A stretch of DNA of 64,000 bases, taken from Rhina ancylostomus. Taxonomy: Eukaryota. The stretch spans positions 86,478,924 to 86,542,923 of the forward strand of contig JARFYF010000063.1 of the NCBI GenBank assembly GCA_030265395.1, read 5' to 3'. Position 1 is the first letter of the stretch. The number at the start of each line of letters is the position of its first letter. The position numbers were made by a program, and so were the translations under genes. Below are positions 23,581-35,879 of the stretch, in pieces. The notes below the pieces were generated by a model. It worked only from the letters and a program-made list of their open reading frames with translations, had not been told where the DNA came from and searched no databases.

Positions 23581-26500
23581 TTGGAGATGTGAAAATGCCT
23601 GCTGTCCAATCAGAATGGCTGGAATATACTTCTCAATTGAAATGCATTTTAAAATATTTAACAACCTCTCTAAATTTCTCCTTTTGTTCAACATCTGGTT
23701 TTTGCCTTGTACTTAAGTGAAGTGCAATACAAAGTCTGTGTTAGAACTGTATATGCACTACTTGTGCTCTCCTTTTATTTCCTCTTTCCCATCTCTACCC
23801 AATTCTTTTGTTTTGAAGGTGTGTTTATATATAAAAGAACACATGTAAATTTTCCCCATGCACTCTATTCCATTTTTGAATGATTTTCTGAAATTCTTGT
23901 TATACTTAAATTCTAGATGGAAAGAAAACATTACAAATACTGAAAATATACACATTCGTTCATCAGCATTTGCACAGAGAATTGATAGTTTAATGCTTTG
24001 AATTAAGATTTTGAGATGAGTCTCTCTAGTTTCTTGTGGATGCTGAGAGGTCTGTGCATCTTCCAGTATTGTTTTGATTTCATTTTAATATTTGGTGAAT
24101 TGTAAATTACTGTCATGTAGCAACAAAATAATAAAATTATCTTGCTCAGGAGGTGGCTATTCAGTCCACTCCATCTGTGCTGTCTCATCAATTGAACTCT
24201 CTAGTAAGTCCCAGCAATCCCATTCCTCTGCTCTTTGTCCTGAGTGAACTGTAAAGATTGGTGGAGAGAAGACTGACCATTTTCTACTCTCCATTTCCTC
24301 TATTAAGTGGATTTCTTCAAATGATGATTCAGTTTAAAGTGAGATGTACTGCCTCAACTGCACATTGTCTTTCATAATGAGGCACCAAGAACCATTACTT
24401 TGATAATGGTCTGTGTTTGAGGAGCAACGTAACCAGATCAATGACGAGAGCCACTTCTGTCAACTAACAGACAAGCAGCCATGGGAGGAGTTCGCATTTT
24501 AACTTGGACCTGTTCTGAAAGCTGTCTTAACCTAGTTTGAACCCCAGCATTTCAAATATTAGAAGTAATTTATGCTTGACTCTTAATATGTGTGCAATAC
24601 TTAAAATTTGCATTAGAATTCTATTTGGAGATTATATGAGACAAGGGAAATGCCTCATTCTGCATTAATTGCAAAATTATTCAGCGAGGTTGGTCAAAAG
24701 ACAGAGATAGTGGAATGCTACTCCTGCTTTTGTATCTGCTGCTTTGCTTTTCTGTCACCTGTTAGTTGTGGTTTCGTGACACAGCTCCCAGTATGCAGTT
24801 CCTTATGTTGTAGGGCAATACAGAGTAAAATCGGCTGCATTACTCAGGCTGGATGCAAATTTCTGGCATGCTGGCCTCAGCAGATCTGGCACATTGGAGT
24901 TTCCACTGGCTGCCTGAAAGGTAAATTCAGAACCAGCATCCTTTGACTTCTGTTAAATTCACACAGGAGCAACTTTTGAATAATTCAAAAATTCTGATTC
25001 AAAGGATCACTGCATGTGGAAAAGACTCTCAGTATAACAACAGATCTAAATTTCATTTTTGAAGAGTTTTGGCTATTGTTTATTTTGTCTAACTCAGTTT
25101 AATTTAGAAACAAACCTGACTTCATCTTTTTAGTGCCGTTTCATATCATATGAATATCTGAAATCACTTTGAGAAACACTGGACGTTTTGGGTATTGAGA
25201 AAGCTAGAAGTGACTCATAATGCTACTTAAAAAATTATCTCTGAAGTTAGCATCTAGACGGTAATAGAATAAGATTCTGAATTGCAATTTCAAAGTACTT
25301 GGGCCAAATGGTTAATGTATAGAATATATTTAGTATTTCCAATTGTCTGTTTTTGGAGACTTCCACAGTTGAATGAGGTAAATAAAATGAGTATGTGAAG
25401 ATTAAAGATACCTTGGACTTCATTAACTTGTTCATTTAGTTTATTTGATTATTATATCTGTAAAATATTTAAAAAAAGATAGCTCCTTCGTGGTCAGAGC
25501 TTTTGAATTAATTTGATAGCCAGGCTTTTCTATGTGTCAGCAGACCTTTCATAAATAAGCAAAAAGCTTGTCCTGGATCGAGGATTCTGACAAACTGTAT
25601 TGCTTATTTGTTGGTAAATTCAGCAAAATTTGTCCAGTTCTTAGATTTCAAGTTTGCATTTTCTGCTGCAATTCTTATTTTGCAAAGCAGAACAACATTA
25701 GGCTTGTTGGGGGGGGGGGAAATACATATTTTGATATCTTCTTATGATCAAATCTTCTTATTATCAATCTTATGATCAAAGGCTTCAAATGGCAATTAAT
25801 GCACTCTAGGGATGAGTTGNNNNNNNNNNNNNNNNNNNNNNNNNNNNNNNNNNNNNNNNNNNNNNNNNNNNNNNNNNTTCTAAATTATGCCAAAATCATT
25901 TGAGAAATAAGTGAGGAGTACATTGGGATGACCATATATAGTTAACTGCAGTATAGTTAGAATTCTGTAAACACCAAAAGTCTAAAGGTATTTAATATTT
26001 TTTAAAGTTTTAAATTAGCTGGTTTCTAAACATGTTTGGCATGCAAACCCCCACTGGCAGTAGCATTGTTCCAATGGTAAAAACAGTCTGTTTTGGTGAA
26101 AGTACTGAAACTCATTAAGTTCTTGTGTACCAAAGGACTTATTTCTTTTTTTTGCCTACTTTCCAAATTGCAGCAGGACAAAAGGCATGACAACTCTTTG
26201 AAAGTGGACACCGCTTCTGACTTGCGAATTAGTTGGAGCGGTTGTGATTTTCATAAAGCTCCCCTTAGCTTAGTTTCTCCGATTATATGTGCTTCCTGGC
26301 CTTGCCTTTCGATTCACATCTATGCTGATAACAGCAAAGAATGTCTTTGCATATCAAAAGCTACAGTGATCCTAACCAAATAGAAGTGGGGAATCCTGCT
26401 GCCCTGCTCAGTCTAGCCTACTCTGAAGCTGTCGCTCTCTATTCACTGCTACTGAATCCTAATAGCTTAGCCTGTGGTACAAAATTAAATGAACCTTCTT

Positions 26501-29500
26501 TGTGCAGACTGTATTGCCTGGTCCCTAAAAGCCATGCCAGGCAGTGAAGGGTGTTTTTTTTTAAAGGAAAGCTGTTAATTATTACTGAAGTCTAATGGCA
26601 AATGCCAAGTAGAATTGAAAGGCACAAGGATGTAGGAAGTTTTTATTTCATTCAAAAGAACAGTCGTCTTGATTATTTAGATTTTCTTTCAGAGTAAGCC
26701 AATAAGCAGGCATTAGGTTTAGTCCAGTGACATCAAGCAAAAGTCCCCCCTTTTATACAGGGATACAACAAATAAAGAACAAATCCATTAAAACAAAGCA
26801 CAAAGAAACTAATTTGCTTAAATAATTAATGCACACTATGCACTCCAATTCCCTCCAGTAAGGATGCAAAAAATGCATAGTATAGTCATGACTGACATAG
26901 CAGTAATCCTTTTATATTTGTTGTGCTTTATCTAAAGATTTCTGAGAGTATTCCCTTTTTTATTCCCTATATTACTTCTGCTGAGTTGCTTGAGGCACTT
27001 GTTTTGTTATATCAGCTATTATTAGTAATGTGGTTAGCACAATGCTGCAGGGTAAGTGTAGTTGTTTAAGGACATCAGTTTTTACCCCTAAATGGTATCT
27101 ATTCTTCTTCCTTGTGACAATTTTCTTCATTTTACTTTATACATCTTCCCATTTCTATACACAGCTTTTGTGCTTTGTTTATTGACACCACTCAATAGTG
27201 GAAATGATTCTGTGATGTTGGTGAGAACACTTGTCTTGCCATACATTTATTGGAACAATACTGGCACTGTCTTATAATTCAACAACTTCTAGGAAAGATT
27301 AAACTTTACTATGAAATTAATGCCTCAGAGAAGTAAATAGTCGGGAATACTAATTAGGAGTGTGTAACCTTTATCGTCTCAGAACTGTATTGCATTGCAT
27401 GTCAGCAAGTCTCAGCTAAGACCCATTGTAAAGCTTCCAGCCTTCCAGTATATGTGCTTCGTAAAGGCTCAATAACATAATGGCATACAGGATCATTAAT
27501 AAGATGTGGTTCATCTAATGCAAGGTGGTACAATATGTTAAATAATACTCAAAATAATAAAACAGAAGTTTGATCAACTAGGGCTGTCAGCATCATATCA
27601 GTAGCCTGTGAAAACCTAAATTCATGGCACAATTATTTTTCATTCCTGAACAGTTCAGTTTTTTTTTAATATGCTGTATGCAGTAACCTATCCATTTTTT
27701 CTGAGATGCAGCAGAATAATGCGCGTCTTATACAATGCGTGTTGTCAAGGGTAATAAATGGCAGAAAAAAGTTATGGGATGTCAGTTTAGTCTTGATTAT
27801 GCACTCTGTATAGAAACTGGAAGGAATCCAAATGTAACATATTGAATGGGAGGATGACTTTTTTTTGATGTTTCACTAAAATGTTTTGTGTGCACGTTGA
27901 TTAGAATATGTCTGCAGGTCTTTAACAAACAAAATCGCTTTGTTGGCAAAGGATTATCCTTTCTGATTTGTTAGATATGCTGCCATACTTCATTGTAATG
28001 TTCACCAATGGTGTGCGAATACACTTTATTTTTCTGAATATCATTTCAGTTTCTTAATATGAACATTTTTTGGAAATACTGAACAGCTCTTTTTGCAACA
28101 TGTTTGAATTGTCAGTTGGTTTCTTCTGCAATTATGAATCTGTTCGACATTCTTGACTGTCTTATCTAAATTACTGCATCTGTAGTTTGCAGAAAATCTG
28201 TTTTAAGAGAAGTATCAACCTTTTTTCATAAGAAGTATTACCTAATATCTTGCTTAGATCTTTACTTGGCTAGCAATGACACCTCAAGAGAAGCTGGAAT
28301 GCTTTCCCAACAGAGCTCTTTCTAATCTCTTGACCATGGTCTATGGCAGTTTACCCCTCTTGTTGAAAACTAAAGAGACTCTCAACTTCAAATTATGTTC
28401 AAATCAAGGAGGACTGGCCTATAAATTTTTGGAGCTCCTTAATCTAGGAAATGATGTTGTTGATAGAAGAGAATGTGCTTGTTTTTGAACAATAGTGCAC
28501 TAATTTCATTACTGCTCGTTGGCGTTGATTGTGTGCAGAGGTTAATCATGGACAGATCTCATGATGCTTCATTAACTTTACAAGTTGGTGTTAAATTGAG
28601 CATTTCTAAAAACAAAGTGGACATTATCTCTTCAATTTCCATTAGTGTGCAGCTGAACAGTAGAGTAACTAACAGTGTAGGTTTCTTGTGTGGCGAGCAC
28701 AAAGTGCCAGTGCCCCAGCTGACTCCATGGATTATTTTAGAATATTCCAGACAACTTTTTTCACTCTGAGTGCAATCACTTTACAGCTACATACATTCTA
28801 TAGGGTTATTAATGTTACACTATTTCTAAATATTATAGCTGAAGGTTTTGGATTTCTTGGCCTGTTTCATTTGAGAACATTTTGTTGGAGTAGGAACTGA
28901 TTAAATTTGTGAGTGAAAGCTCACAAATCTTACTTTCACAAGAAGGTTGTGTACTCAGCTTCATTGGGACTTTTTATTTTACTTTAACATGGTTGGTGTA
29001 ATTATCCTGCATAAATTTAATTCAGTTCTCTCACTGAAGCCAATTTTAAAACTGTAAAGTTTGCCCACAGATTTTAGAATAAACACCTCCATGCTTTGAC
29101 ATTTTCTATTTTAGCAAGATAATTTTTACAGATCTTGTCCTAGTTTCTTGCCACTGGCTCTGTGCCATTTATGGTCCTCAGCACTATTTGCTTGGTTCCT
29201 AAGGATCTTGTACCTATAAACATCAGAAGAGAGAACAAAGGCAGGGTTTGTGCCTCAAGTACAGGGGAGCTTTTTGTTTTTTTTTCCCTTATGGACTCCA
29301 AATGAAATATCTCAAGGAAAGCAGTTTAACTAATCTGCACTGGTTCTTTAAAAGGCCCGTCAGTATGCTATGCTTGCTTGGTAAAAGAAATGCCATCTAT
29401 TAAATGGTGACATTCTTTCTCTGTAACTTTTTTTTCTTTATTTCAAGTGGTAACCTTCCTTCAGAGCTCATGTTTTCACCATTAAGAGATTGCACTAGTC

Positions 29501-31850
29501 TTGAAATCTGAGGACAGCGTATTACAAAGAAGTTTACTGATGGCTTGGGAATGTGAAAGAATTATTCTTCATTTTAGTATTTTCTCTAATTTCTCTTCTT
29601 AAAACTGTGATTTTTTTTGTATGTTTGTCTGCCATTCGTGTCCTGCATTATTAAATGTGCAGCTTCGTAAGGTAATAGCTCCTGTGGCATTAACTGATCT
29701 CTTTCGAATTATTATCTTAAGTGAGATTTTTTTAAACACTGGTTGTAAACAGTTATGGTATTGATAGGTTCCATATTCTTGAAGAAAATTTTAATAAAAA
29801 GAATCACACGCCTGGTCTTTGCTATGAATAGCATGGATTGAATTCCGATTTTAACTTAAAACATGAAGGTATCTAATTTGACTAGAAGACATCTTGTTTA
29901 CATCACTCACTTTTATTTAAAACAGTTTGTTTGAAAAAGGATCTCTTGAAATTCAAACATTGTGTTTGAAAGCAAACTAAGTCAGAATGAAGTTCAAGCG
30001 TGCAAAATCGGATGCTACCCTTTTTAATTGGAATTTTGTGGCCTAAAAGTTACAAGATTCTAAATCTGTTCCAGATTTAGCTAATCAAAACAATCTGGCT
30101 TAACAGTGTGTTCATAGATGAGGTCAAAGACTCTCTTGTTTTTCTTCCTTGCAAAGACGATATTTTCTTTTTCTGTGGTTGAAAGTAGCTGCATTTTATC
30201 CAGTATAGCTTTTGCCCACTTGGTGGTGATAGGTACTGTAAGTTGCCAGCCTTATAGGACCCTCGAATTGCATGCTTACTGCTGGTGTTCACCTTAAATT
30301 GCTCTAATTGGGATATAACCTTCTGGCAAAAGAAACTACAGCAGCTTTTCATTTTAAAAAAATTGCTGGGTAGTTTATTTCTTTCAGCATAACTTTCTGT
30401 GCTGTTCGGCCATTGCAGACTTCGGCCATTGATGCATTTTTATCAGAGGGAAGCTTGCTTAAGCCGCTGCTTTGTACAGCTGCCAGTTTTGTACTCAGTT
30501 GGGTGTAATTTATAATTGTGTTTTGGTCCCTGCAGTCAAAATAATAAACCCTTTGTTGCAGTACACAACTTGAGGCTGTGGATGTTAAGTGATTGGAGAT
30601 TTTCTTCTGCCTGTGAATTTAGGTTGGGTGAGAGCAGCAGAAGAGGGAAAAGGTGGTATGGTTCAATAAAGGGAAAGACACATGCTTAACTTTAACCCTT
30701 TCTGTTCATTTTGGAGATAACCTTGCTGTGATTTAGTTTAGTCACAAGATATTCAAGTGATTTTTCTCCATGCCATCTCCGTAAACCATGGCCCACAAGT
30801 ACTAACTGAGGGAGACTGAGAGAATATTTGTCCAAAATAATCTTGGAGAAGCATGTGATTTTTATTTTTTATTTTGCCTTGCCTGAAAATAAAACTGAAG
30901 AACTTTAAGGAATTCAGTGTATTGGTAAATGTGGTTTAGACTTCAGAATATATAATATATAAATAGCTATGATTTTTTAATTGTCATGTTCTGACTGGTC
31001 ATGCAAGAGCAAACTTTGCAGCCGAATTATTCTGGCTAGGCGACTCGAGCTAAATCTTGATAACACAATGACTAAAATCCAATTAGGACTGCGTGGATTT
31101 TTGCCAGCTTGCTTCTGACTGAACCAAATATTGACCTGAAGAGTTTATTTATTGCAGTGGCATTAAATCAAGGGCTATCATTTTGTTTTCTGTGATTTTT
31201 ATTTTGTACTGGTGAGCTGTTGATACTATCATATAAATGGATGCATGGGTGTTTCCTTTCAAGATACTTTTCGCTGTTAAGATTTGGTAAAAGGTACTGA
31301 GATGTGAAATCCAGGAGACTACACAGTGAAAACTATTGCCTTGTGTTGCAAGGTTTCAAATGTGACTTAGTATGCCAGGCTGCATGATTTACTACTGACT
31401 TAACAATTTTTTTCACATGTTTCGTCTTTTTTTTCTTTAAGTTAAATAATCTACAAGACACACCAGAGGGTTTTGTTTGAAAGTAGGAACCAATAATGAG
31501 AAAGGAATGCTGAGGATTAAAGGATGAAGTAATAAATCTGTTTTCATCTTTGGATGCAAATTGGACTTGGTTATTTTAGCTTGATTGCTACATCAGTGAT
31601 AAAAATACGTCTGTTATTTGCTATCTTTAATGTGGCTCATGATATAGATTTCAAACCTGCTTACTTTCATGAGGTAATAACTCTTCATGTTCTGTTTGGT
31701 ATATTCATGTGCTGAAATTCTATTGATTGCTTGTGACTATCAGAATCAAAATTACCAAGGTAGCCTTACTCACACCATTTATCATTTTTAAAAAGACAGC
31801 CTATTGTTATAAACTATAATAATCCTTGTTATGAATGTAACTACACTTAC

Positions 31851-32050
31851 CGGTTAAAAAGAAGAAACTTCAAGAATCCAGCATCTGTGAAAACACCAGT
31901 TAATTATTCCAGCTTGTTAAGAGAAAGGATAGGAAGCAATCGATTTGTCTGTCTGAAAGCAACCAGCAAAAAAAAGAGGGAATCTCTGCCTTGCACAATT
32001 CCCATTCAGTCCCTGTGCACTGTTACGAGTGGGAGTAGTCAGGCAAGTAG
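31851..32050 (-). other. Candidate first (non-coding) exon of FLRT3; 5' boundary unknown
   Basis: Consensus donor CCG|GTAAGT (+ strand acttac 31845-31850) next to a locally GC/CpG-richer block; about 13 kb from the coding exon, comparable to the FLRT3 gene span I recall for mammals. Confidence 0.45.
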
Positions 32051-32220
32051 AGCGCTCCAGAAATTCTGAAGTTAAAGCTTTGTCTAGCAGGAGTTGAATA
32101 GACTGATGAGGTCACAGGTAGGCAGGACTTGGATGAGGTAAGACGATTGATTCATGCTCAGGCGAGTACGTTTCAGACACTAGAGGGAGTCAAAGCAGGG
32201 GGAGCGGTAGTGGTGGCTGT
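32050..32220. promoter_or_regulatory. Putative FLRT3 promoter block with CTCF-like motif(s)
   Basis: CAGACACTAGAGGGAGTCA (32174-32192) fits the CTCF core, followed by weaker AGCAGGGGGAGC; also TGAGGTCA and TGATTCA motifs and several retained CpGs. Confidence 0.35.
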
Positions 32221-33207
32221 ATAATGTGAACAAGTCTAAGATTACATTTGATAGATTCGGCTTCTCATTTGCTAAAACGAACTCCTTATTAACTAGTTGA
32301 ATTATCTTTTTCGAATCTAATATTGCTGAATAGGAATGAAATGAAAAATAAATTGAGAGGATCCAACAAAATATTTAGACAGTAGAGTCCTTGGGGTACA
32401 AGTGATATCAGATTCTATCTGCATTTAAATGAAAACTAATCCTCTTGATAGGCACTTATGCCAAGCAGCATGAAGGAAGGCTATTCTGTGAATGCCACAA
32501 TAATTCTACCAAAAAGCTTTCAGAAAATAAACATGCAAGTTATTTCTGCTGCCTTTGCCCAATTCCCCACAAAGCAAACTCAGTTTTTTTCTCTAAGGAA
32601 GGTTTCAAGAATTTGGTTATTTAAAAAATGCTTCAGTTACAATCTCCCAAAACTTTATTTATTCTACCCTTTATTATCTTCGGTATGTTTGTCAGGACAT
32701 TGAAGTGTTAGGTCATCACACATTACTATCAAAGAGGAAGGTCAATAGCTGATTAAAAACAATGTTGGTTTCATTGCTTTGTGATTTCAAGGGCTGCCAA
32801 GGCCATTTTGTCATCAAACTTTAAATAAACTCTATGTCTTTTGCTCTGGCCTTCAGGTAACAAATAAACTAGATGTCTGCAATAATTGGGAAGATTTGGA
32901 CTGGAGCCAACAAAACTTATGAGTGGATCATCTGTTTATTTCATTGCAATTTCACAGCTAACTATGCAGAAATTTCCTGCTGTGTTTCCACACCTTATAC
33001 AGTGAATAGGGCTTTGCAAAATATTTCATTGGTTGGTTGTAAACAGCTTTTGGACAAGCCTGACCATGTGAAAGGTGCTATAAAATGTCAGATTTGCTTT
33101 ATTGGCAGTAAGCATTCTAATCCCTGAATGTATCCCAATTTTAAGGAGAAGATACATTTTGATGGACTTCCTGGCAAACAGAATTCCAACCATGTGTAGC
33201 AGCTGCA

Positions 33208-33600
33208 ACAGCAACTTGCATTTACATTGTGGTTGTAACACTGTAAAGCATCCAAGGTGTTGCATGGAACGGTTATCAAGTAAAATTTAATAACAAGCTG
33301 CAAAAGAAGTATTAGTATTGATGCCAAAAGAGGTAGGTTTTAAAGTGTATCTTAAGGGAAGAAAGTGAGATAGGCAATGATATTTTCAGAAGGAATTTCC
33401 AGAGCTTCAGGCTTTGGCAGCTGGAAGCACTCACCAGTTGTGGAGCAATTAAAATCAGGGATGCTGAAGAGGCCTCAATTGGTGGCACATGGATATCTCA
33501 GAAGGTTGTAGGGATGAAGGAGATTACAGGGATGAGGAAGGGAAAGTCATAATGGAGTAGAAAACAAGAAAAGGAAGTTTAAAAATCAGAGATCAGTCAG
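33208..33600 (-). mobile_element. L2-type LINE 3' end
   Basis: caacttgcattta..caaaagaggtaggttttaa..aggaatttccagagctt..ggcagctggaagcac..gtggagcaattaaaatcagggatg; related to 14235-14440 and 57728-57930. Confidence 0.7.
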
Positions 33601-35584
33601 CTGCAAGTTATCCTTACTGCCATGGGAACATGGCTACGGATGTACTTAGGTTGATGTAATAGTAATGTATAGATTCTGCAGCCAACTCAAATAGACTGAA
33701 CTGCATTTGCTTTTTAACCTATGGATCCTTTTCAGACTTCTCTAAAGCTGACGTAGGAAATTCTATGTTTTGTTGTAACCATGTTCGATCAGTTCTGCTA
33801 GGTATTTGGATAGAATAGTACTATTTATCCCCCGGGAGCTGATGCTATTTTATACAAGTTAAGCCATGGTGAAGGGGGCTGGTGCAGGTTTCCTTGGATG
33901 GTGTCAATATTTGCATAGTTCCCTCGTCTGTTGATATTTGCTAATGTCTGCGGGAATGTGTCAATATTTGAAAGCAGCTCTACATTGAAAATCTCCTTGA
34001 AGGAAACATAGGTTTGGGGTATCCTACAGTGTAAAGCATGAGCCAGTAAAATTGGAGTCAGGATGCAGTGATTTGATCCTGAGGAATTTGCATGGAGAAA
34101 GCTGTTTAGTTTCAAAATGAAGTTTTCTTTACCAAAAAAAAGTTTCTACCTCAAAACCCTTCACTGTTTTATTTGAACAGGACGATATTATGGCAAAATG
34201 ATCGACGGTACTTTTATGTCAGTCTCCCAGCAAAAGCTTTCCCAATGTCTCTCTCCTAGGATAGTATATAAGTGTTAAGTTTCCTGCTTTGACCTGGAGA
34301 AATCAGGCTCAGTTTTTAGTTGTGCGGCCCCTGGTCAACAGTGATTGCACCTCGGATTCTTCTTGAATGCAACTGTGCAAATGTGCAACAACGATAGCAG
34401 CACTTCTCTTGTTGCCTGGAAACAGACATCAAAGGCTAAACACATTATTCCAGCAGCAACCACTTGCATTGTGATGAACGATTTTCCTTGTAAAGGCAGG
34501 AAGAATTTGCACCTGCAAAATTAAATAAAAGGATTTTGTCATTATATCATCCTGTTCAAATAATACAGTGAAAGGTTTTGAGTTAGAAACATTTTCTTTA
34601 TAAAGACAAAATTCATCTTGAAATCAAATAGCTTTGCAAATTCCTCAGGCTTGAATCCCTGAATCCTGACTTGAGTTTTATTTGTACATGTTGACAAAGA
34701 GTTTGCACATATGGAAAAATAATGAATAGGTTAGAGGAGGGAAGAGCAAAAAAAAACTCCCTTAGTATTTGAACATAAAAATCATCTGACGCTTCATTTC
34801 AGTGATGAGGGAGGTCTGCATTGTTAAAGGTGCTGCATTTAACTGAGATGTTAAATCAGGGCACTGTCTGTTCTCAAGAATGATCACATGGTATTATAAG
34901 AAACCTTGTCCCTGTGCACTACCTTCCAAGTGATCCATCCACGGTCCTGTCCAACTATCTCCTGGCCCACCTCTGGAAAAAATCTATGGGTTCCTCATTG
35001 GCCTCATCAGTCATGTCTGAGCCCACAGAACAAGTCATTTCAATAAAAATTCATCTAAGAAGAAGGATTTTGAAGATGAGCAGCTTTCAGTGTCTGTAGG
35101 TTCTCTTGCATTGCTAATGGCTTAAGCAAATTATAGAGGAAGAACTATCAACAAGATATCCTTTAATGAAGGCAGCAACTCTTAATTAATGGCAGAGACT
35201 GGNNNNNNNNNNGTACAACAAAATTCAAGTGCTATCACATGGTACGCAGCTCTTTAAAATAACATTACACTTGTATATTCCTTAAGGCTTCACCAAATTA
35301 GATAAATAAGTTAATAATTTACATAAGTAGTAGTCAGTTCAACCAACTTGGTCTCTTTGTTTACTGAAACCTTCACAATGAACTGCACTTGATTTGTCTG
35401 ATGTATTTACTTCAGCTTCTAGTAATTCATGTGGATCACTTGTCCAGACAAACCTTGCACCTGGTCTCACATCTTGTTCTGCATTTGTTGCTTTCACATA
35501 TGTCTTCATAACCTTCCGCACATTGTATTACGTATTTTTGACCGTTATCTTTTTGGTATCATCTGTATACTGCCTGGATAAGGT

Positions 35585-35771
35585 AAAAAACAAACTGCTG
35601 GAATAACTCAGTGAGTCGAGCAGCATCTGCGGGGAGGGGAAGGAACTGTTGACATTTCAACTGAAAACATCAACAATTCCTTTCCTTCTATGGATGCTGC
35701 TTGACCCGCTGAGTTGCTCTAGCAGTTTGTTTTTTGCTCCAGATTCCAATATCTGCAGTCTCTCGTGTCTC
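35585..35771. mobile_element. Penelope-derived fold-back element
   Basis: aaaaaacaaactgctgg..ctcagtgagtcgagcagcatc pairs with gatgctgcttgacccgctgag..agcagtttgtttttt; about 70-nt arms with a very short loop. Confidence 0.75.
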
Positions 35772-35879
35772 CATTGTCTACATAAAACTTGACACATACA
35801 GTAGCTGCAATCATACTTTGTATTTGGTATAGTATAGGACACCATAAGCTGAATTGAAACTCTCTCTCCTTTGCATACC

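Noticed and set aside
32103-32150. CTGATGA as a hammerhead core (also 7224-7230)
   Set aside because: No stem II followed by GAAA and no stem I/III pairing.
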